Positions 59,757 to 64,000 of a stretch of 64,000 bases of DNA are shown piece by piece. The notes below the pieces were generated by a model. That model ran no database searches and was not told the origin of the DNA. It saw only the letters and a list, made by a program, of their open reading frames with translations. The stretch covers positions 186,001 to 250,000 of the IMG/VR virus record IMGVR_UViG_3300036770_008729; one strand, given 5' to 3'. A program made the position numbers and the translations under genes. The stretch's first letter is position 1. Each line of letters starts with the position of its first letter.

Positions 59757-59788
59757 CAAAGATAATAATAATTTTTATTATGACCAAA
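59757..59788 (-). promoter_or_regulatory. Bacteroidota promoter TTTG-N20-TATCTTTG driving the ncRNA array
   Basis: -7 box ends 6 nt before the first base of element E. Confidence 0.65.
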
Positions 59789-59808
59789 TTTATTCTGCTT
59801 TTAAACAA

Positions 59809-59835
59809 TACAAAAAAACGTAGCGGATTTTTGTA
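59809..59835. repeat. Inverted copy of the TACAAAAATCCGCTACGTTTTTTTGTA palindrome
   Basis: Reverse complement of copies at 54541, 54850 and 56211. Confidence 0.85.
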
Positions 59836-59839
59836 TTGT

Positions 59840-60640
59840 TTAAATTGGTAGATTTACTTTGGATAATATTTGGTTCGAAACATGAGTGTAAATTTCAGTA
59901 GTTTTTACATTTGAGTGACCTAATATTTTCTGAATTACTCTTAAATCAGTACCATTTTCCAATAGATTTGTTGCACAACTATGTCTCAATTGGTGAATGT
60001 GATATTTTTCACCCAAATATTTTTTAACAATTTGATTACAGCTACCAGAACTATATTGTAAACTATTTTGACCATTGAAAAGGTATTCTTTTGGTCTATA
60101 TTCTTTAAAATATTCTCTAAGTAATTCTAATATTTTCTGGGATAGGGGTAAGACTCTATCTTTTCTACCTTTAGCATTTTTAATATGAATAATCATTCTT
60201 TTGGAATCGATATCTTCAATTTTAAGGTTAATTACTTCCGATACTCTTAATCCGACTGAATAAGTTAAAGATAATATCGTTTTATGTTTAAGATTAGTAA
60301 TTTTAGATAATTGTTCTTTAATGTAATCACCATCAATAACCTGTGGTAACTTCTTCTCAGATTTGGGTCTTTTGAAACTAACCTTATCATATTTCTTATT
60401 AAGTCCGAATTTGTAGAGGAAACGGATTGCGTTAATAACCTGATTTTGTTGTGAAACAGAAGTAAAACTATAAGTATCTAAATATGATTGAAAATCATTA
60501 GATGTGAGTCTAGTTGGTGAAATTTTTATTGTAGCTAAAAATTGATTAATATAATGGAGATAGGATTTTATTGTCCTATCTGAGTAATTTAAATACTTCA
60601 ATTTTTGATTACAAATTTCGTAATAATCTGTTTTTTTCAT
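59840..60640 (-). CDS. Tyrosine recombinase (integron-integrase-like N-domain, XerD-like catalytic domain)
   Basis: GLRVSE, NAKGRKDR, HQLRHS, LGH, TEIYTHV; catalytic set intact. Confidence 0.92.
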   Translation of the reverse strand: MKKTDYYEICNQKLKYLNYSDRTIKSYLHYINQFLATIKISPTRLTSNDFQSYLDTYSFTSVSQQNQVINAIRFLYKFGLNKKYDKVSFKRPKSEKKLPQVIDGDYIKEQLSKITNLKHKTILSLTYSVGLRVSEVINLKIEDIDSKRMIIHIKNAKGRKDRVLPLSQKILELLREYFKEYRPKEYLFNGQNSLQYSSGSCNQIVKKYLGEKYHIHQLRHSCATNLLENGTDLRVIQKILGHSNVKTTEIYTHVSNQILSKVNLPI

Positions 60641-60692
60641 ATGTGAAATATATATGAAATAAGAAAAAAAGTTTAATTATAGATATAATCTA

Positions 60693-60699
60693 GTTAGTG
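60693..60699 (+). other. attI-like crossover core G|TTAGTG
   Basis: Complementary to CACTAAC of the first attC; no palindromic arm on the recombinase side. Confidence 0.65.
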
Positions 60700-60957
60700 T
60701 CAATATTGCCTATGCTTATTTACTACCTCTTTACCGCAGCTTTTACACGTCCACTTACCATACTGCTCGCCATTAACCCCAGTTCGGCTAACGCATTGGC
60801 AATACTTTTTGCTTCGCCCACTAACATCGTGTATGCGTAAGGCTGCTTCGTACCCTGCAATAAAATCTCGTACTTTTTGTTCGTACCATCCTGCATCGTC
60901 TATCTTATATCTGAAACTTTCAGCATATAATTCAGCTTGTTTTTTTATATCTTCCAT
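60700..60957 (-). CDS. Cassette 1 ORF, C-terminal Zn-ribbon-like
   Basis: CQC...WTCKSCG; starts inside its attC. Confidence 0.7.
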   Translation of the reverse strand: MEDIKKQAELYAESFRYKIDDAGWYEQKVRDFIAGYEAALRIHDVSGRSKKYCQCVSRTGVNGEQYGKWTCKSCGKEVVNKHRQY

Positions 60958-61012
60958 TCTAATTAAATTTATCGTTAATAAATCGCCCTACGCATACACG
61001 CAGCCGTTATAC
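60819..61012 (+). other. attC-like site 1 (194 bp)
   Basis: CACTAAC-at-16 bp arm...arm-cagcc-GTTATAC. Confidence 0.8.
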
Positions 61013-61282
61013 GCAATTATATAACACCCAATCGTGAATAAATTTTATTGAAGAATTAAAAGCATCAATCCAATCAGGATAACATCCACAATCTTCTTCT
61101 ACCCATTCACCATTTTGCTTCCAATAAACATATCCACGCCAACATATGCCAACATCTTCCAGCTTATATCCATCAGCAAGAACTTCAATAAAAATTCCTT
61201 TATCTGAATAACTGCGTATAACAGCAGGTATATTCAATTGCGGTTTCTGTGCTTCATTCAAGTTTTGTTCTTCTATGCTCAT
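61007..61282 (-). CDS. Cassette 2 ORF (start MSIEEQ)
   Basis: Subset of ORF-track 61007..61468; stop lies in the R box. Confidence 0.65.
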   Translation of the reverse strand: MSIEEQNLNEAQKPQLNIPAVIRSYSDKGIFIEVLADGYKLEDVGICWRGYVYWKQNGEWVEEDCGCYPDWIDAFNSSIKFIHDWVLYNCV

Positions 61283-61346
61283 TTGTTCTAAATTTAAGTT
61301 TTGTAATTTTAAGTCCGCAACTAAATATACCTGCAAAACGTTATGT
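61216..61346 (+). other. attC-like site 2 (131 bp)
   Basis: GTATAAC-a-20 bp arm...arm-aaaac-GTTATGT. Confidence 0.8.
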
Positions 61347-61415
61347 GTAAGTGTTCCGTTCATCTTACTAATCAACATTTTGGTTGAAAATTTTAAAAGA
61401 AAAATCCCACACACA

Positions 61416-62246
61416 TTAAATGATTTTAATATATTTTGGTGGTATATTATCATATGTGAAAAAACCACCCTTGAATCTCAAATCTTTATATAAAGATAAT
61501 CCTTTGAAGTTTTCTATTCTTAAATTAACATATTCACCACCTTTATCACCAACTAACTCTTGTTTTATTGAAGACATCCATTCTTCATTAGGCGATAAAT
61601 AAATTCTCTCAGGATAAAAACTTCTAGTATTTTTTGTTTTTGGTATTAAACCATATTTCATTATCTTATCTAAATTTTTGGAGTCGGTTGTGTGATAAAG
61701 ATATTCACCTTCAAAATTAACTTTGTCATCATAATTTGGTTCTATCATTATGGATATTCTATCACTAGATATTAAGGTTTTTTCTATATCATTTTTATCA
61801 GTTAGTTTTTCACCTGGTTTAAGATTTACGACAGATATAAAATATCCCATATTATCTATTAATGATATAAGACCAAGTGATAATTCCTTATTATTAAAAT
61901 CTGTAAATATTGATATATCACCATAATTAAATTCACTTATTTGTTTTTCTAAATCCGAGATAGTCTTGTCTATATCAACCCCTCCTTTAATTAGACTTTT
62001 TGTTAATGAATCATTTTTGTCTTTATAGCCTTTTAACATTCTATTCATCGTAAATTTATCGGTGATGATTTGATAATATGGTGAATTCACATCTTCGCCA
62101 AAATTAGATTTTTTATTTAGACCATTTCCAATAAAGAAATTATCTAATTTTTTTATAACAATATCAAGTTTATCTGATTTTAGTGTTTCGTTAAGTAAAT
62201 TAAATTTTCTAAAACTGTTTATATATTTTCTCATTTCCTTACTCAT
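61416..62246 (-). CDS. Cassette 3 ORF: CTS-type protein with C-terminal Tpt1/ART-like domain
   Basis: MRKYINSFRKFNLLNE; YLYHTT...I.KYGLIP...RIYLS. Confidence 0.7.
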   Translation of the reverse strand: MSKEMRKYINSFRKFNLLNETLKSDKLDIVIKKLDNFFIGNGLNKKSNFGEDVNSPYYQIITDKFTMNRMLKGYKDKNDSLTKSLIKGGVDIDKTISDLEKQISEFNYGDISIFTDFNNKELSLGLISLIDNMGYFISVVNLKPGEKLTDKNDIEKTLISSDRISIMIEPNYDDKVNFEGEYLYHTTDSKNLDKIMKYGLIPKTKNTRSFYPERIYLSPNEEWMSSIKQELVGDKGGEYVNLRIENFKGLSLYKDLRFKGGFFTYDNIPPKYIKII

Positions 62247-62359
62247 AGTATTTCTTTTATATATAAATATTGAGAATTAAAACTTCCACCCTTCTTTTTC
62301 TTTTAAAATTTTTGTTTAGTTCTCCGAATGAAATTTAGTAGTTAATAACCCACACCTAC

Positions 62360-62413
62360 ACATAACAAATGATAAACAACATTAAAACGATTGTTTATCA
62401 TTAGTCGTTAGAA
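62360..62413 (+). other. attC-like site 3 (54 bp)
   Basis: ACATAAC-aa-atgataaacaa...ttgtttatcat-tagtc-GTTAGAA. Confidence 0.85.
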
Positions 62414-62420
62414 GCAATGC

Positions 62421-62654
62421 CTAATCAAGCGTTACTTCACTTTTATAAAGTCCGATGTTAAATCGGTATGTTTCGTTCTTTGAGAATGATACAAAAATAC
62501 TTCCTCCGTATTGGTTTATATTTGTTGGTTCTCTGCCAAGCGATACATTTTTATAAGTTTCTGCTAAGTATTTTTGTACTTCCATAGGCACAGCTTCTAA
62601 CAGCAAGTTAGCGTTATTGCCTATTTCGTTGGTATTCGATGTTTCATTTTTCAT
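62421..62654 (-). CDS. Cassette 4 ORF
   Basis: Starts inside its attC. Confidence 0.7.
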   Translation of the reverse strand: MKNETSNTNEIGNNANLLLEAVPMEVQKYLAETYKNVSLGREPTNINQYGGSIFVSFSKNETYRFNIGLYKSEVTLD

Positions 62655-62729
62655 ATTAAAATTTGTTTAAAATTGATACTGTATTATTTCAAATGTCGGC
62701 AACAAACGCCAACTTGCGAATCGTTATAT
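62595..62729 (+). other. attC-like site 4 (135 bp)
   Basis: TTCTAAC-a-arm with one extrahelical base...-gaatc-GTTATAT. Confidence 0.8.
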
Positions 62730-63014
62730 GCAATTAAAAATGGGCAACGACCATCGTTTTGCATTTGGAAATTTCTTTTTATACATTGCTTTTACTCGAA
62801 GTTTTACGAGTTCTTTAATCTGCTCATCATTCATCCATTGGCTTGCTCTGTCATTCAGCCTTGTTTCTACAATTATGTCTGCTTCTTCGGATAGTAGGAA
62901 TGGGTGTCCGTGTTTGAACTCGTAAAACCATCTTTTCAACTGCCAATTTTTAACAGCATATAACAAAGTATTGCCAATAGTGGCAGTTTGTGAGTTGTTT
63001 GAAGTTTGTTGCAT
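62724..63014 (-). CDS. Cassette 5 ORF
   Basis: Starts inside its attC; stop lies in the R box. Confidence 0.7.
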   Translation of the reverse strand: MQQTSNNSQTATIGNTLLYAVKNWQLKRWFYEFKHGHPFLLSEEADIIVETRLNDRASQWMNDEQIKELVKLRVKAMYKKKFPNAKRWSLPIFNCI

Positions 63015-63087
63015 CTTATTTAGTTTATTGGTTAATCAAAATTTATCTCTTTTAATGCCACCATCGGCAATACTTGGCACGTTATAA
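62958..63087 (+). other. attC-like site 5 (130 bp)
   Basis: ATATAAC-a-20 bp arm...arm-ggcac-GTTATAA. Confidence 0.8.
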
Positions 63088-63097
63088 AACAGTTTAA

Positions 63098-63325
63098 TTA
63101 TAGTATTTTACCACACTTACTGCACACATAACATTGTCCTTTTTCAATAGCATTATGGTTACAAACCGATTTTATAACATCGGCTTGTTGCAATTTTTTT
63201 ACTAACTTATCCAGTTCACTATAAGCTAAGTGTTCCAGTTGAGTTTTGTCGTGTTCACCAAAGTAGTTTCTAATTAACTTTAGGTCTTTAATTTCCTGTT
63301 CTGTTATTTCAATTTCTATTTTCAT
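63098..63325 (-). CDS. Cassette 6 ORF, C-terminal Cys cluster
   Basis: VCNH..CYVCSKCG; starts inside its attC. Confidence 0.7.
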   Translation of the reverse strand: MKIEIEITEQEIKDLKLIRNYFGEHDKTQLEHLAYSELDKLVKKLQQADVIKSVCNHNAIEKGQCYVCSKCGKIL

Positions 63326-63383
63326 TATTATTTAGTGTTGCAAATCCGTAAAAAAACTGACAACAAGCCGCAAACAGTTATAA
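63172..63383 (+). other. attC-like site 6 (212 bp)
   Basis: TTATAAC-at-cggcttgttg...caacaagccg-caaaca-GTTATAA. Confidence 0.8.
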
Positions 63384-63665
63384 AACATTTAATGAATCGT
63401 CAGTAATATCATCCATCACTAAACAAGACTCATTATTAGTTTCGTGATAATTTAAAAATCCTTTTGGGTATTCAAATATTGTTGTTAATAATTTCATCCC
63501 TTCACCACAATGAGAACATTTTAATTCACCACGATATGTGTGTTCGTATTCAAAACTAATTGAGCGTTGTTCCTTATCTGTTCCTATGTGTTTCATTTCA
63601 ATAAAATGTTCTTCTCTACATTCTAAACATCTTACTCTAACCAAAGGATTTTTAAATTCTACCAT
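63378..63665 (-). CDS. Cassette 7 ORF, Zn-binding (CLEC...CSHC)
   Basis: ORF track; stop lies in the R box. Confidence 0.75.
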   Translation of the reverse strand: MVEFKNPLVRVRCLECREEHFIEMKHIGTDKEQRSISFEYEHTYRGELKCSHCGEGMKLLTTIFEYPKGFLNYHETNNESCLVMDDITDDSLNVL

Positions 63666-63676
63666 AAATAAACGTT

Positions 63677-63769
63677 TTATAACAAGGTATATATGAAATA
63701 CCCTATTAAGGTTTCTACTAATTTTTAAATTAATCGTTAGGGTACTTCATATATACCCAACCGTTATGT
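63677..63769 (+). other. attC-like site 7 (93 bp)
   Basis: TTATAAC-aa-19 bp arm...arm-caacc-GTTATGT. Confidence 0.85.
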
Positions 63770-63792
63770 ATAATAAATTAAAAAATATGAGT

Positions 63793-64000
63793 TTATTCAT
63801 TTTCCTTAATCCATTTATCAAAAAGCTTTTGTGGATTTTTATTATAAAGTCTCCATAATGTAAATCTCATCAAATCACTTTGGTTTAAACACTTCGGATG
63901 TTCCTTAACTATCAAATCAGCTTTCTGTTCATCAGTTAAACAATGTCTCCACCAAGCAAGTGCTTCTTCGGTTGCTGGTGTTTCTTTAGCTATGTGAGAT
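63793..64000 (-). CDS. Cassette 8 ORF, partial (...LAWWRHCL...KWIKENE)
   Basis: Translated manually; start lies beyond the window. Confidence 0.6.
   Translation of the reverse strand, partial: SHIAKETPATEEALAWWRHCLTDEQKADLIVKEHPKCLNQSDLMRFTLWRLYNKNPQKLFDKWIKENE

Larger units (their letters stand above)
59840..64000. mobile_element. Integron-like element: recombinase, attI-like site and at least 7 cassettes (continues past window end)
   Basis: Seven TAAC-arm...arm-GTTA hairpins; cassette-end complementarity. Confidence 0.85.

Noticed and set aside
59675-60640. Recombinase as a prophage integrase using the neighbouring tRNA as att site
   Set aside because: No duplicated tRNA 3' end or host-phage boundary seen; the cassette array explains the gene better
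1087-62925. Many overlapping or antisense ORF-track entries (e.g. 1087, 1452, 4901, 5282, 5673, 8813, 12496, 21118, 26236, 28337, 57338, 59357, 60809, 62673, 62728)
   Set aside because: Shadow ORFs of better-supported genes or RNAs, with no motifs
60700-63665. Cassette shuffling generating N-/C-terminal protein fusions at the in-ORF GTT
   Set aside because: The attI-like junction at 60693 places the crossover at the other box, so each ORF stays within one cassette
1-64000. Alternative genetic code (stop-codon recoding)
   Set aside because: Long genes are intact and densely packed under the standard code

Overview
AT-rich, gene-dense window that reads as part of a jumbo (T4-like-lineage) bacteriophage of a Bacteroidota host. 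This is inferred from Bacteroidota TTTG-N20/21-TAnnTTTG promoters, Bacteroidota-type genes (DUF4294, H1-like, CarboxypepD_reg-like), HU and Dam, and the absence of cellular housekeeping operons. No capsid, terminase or portal gene lies in the window. The strongest signal is at 59.8-64 kb, an apparently complete integron-like system. It has an intact tyrosine recombinase lacking the IntI-specific insertion, an attI-like G|TTAGTG junction at 60693 and at least 7 cassettes bounded by atypical attC-like hairpins. All cassette ORFs run antisense to the array, most start inside their own attC, and one cassette carries phage-specific late and packaging signals. Next to it (57.7-59.8 kb) is a polycistronic ncRNA array: four tRNA scaffolds (AGTCAGG acceptor, D and T arms) with unrelated cargo in place of the anticodon and variable arms, one Phe-like pseudo-tRNA, boxA-like sites and several stem-closed RNAs. 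Two peptide tags recur across the window: a T4-CTS-like N-terminal motif (about 15 proteins, linked to a TAATATATA promoter motif) and a C-terminal R[DEN]x[KQ][IL]xx[IL] motif (about 25 small proteins). Other points are a lone paaA, a lipoprotein tyrosinase, a miniature PolB-like protein, and repeat-delimited gene modules with an operator cluster beside an unannotated ribbon-helix-helix gene. All family calls are from motif recognition by eye, not database searches.
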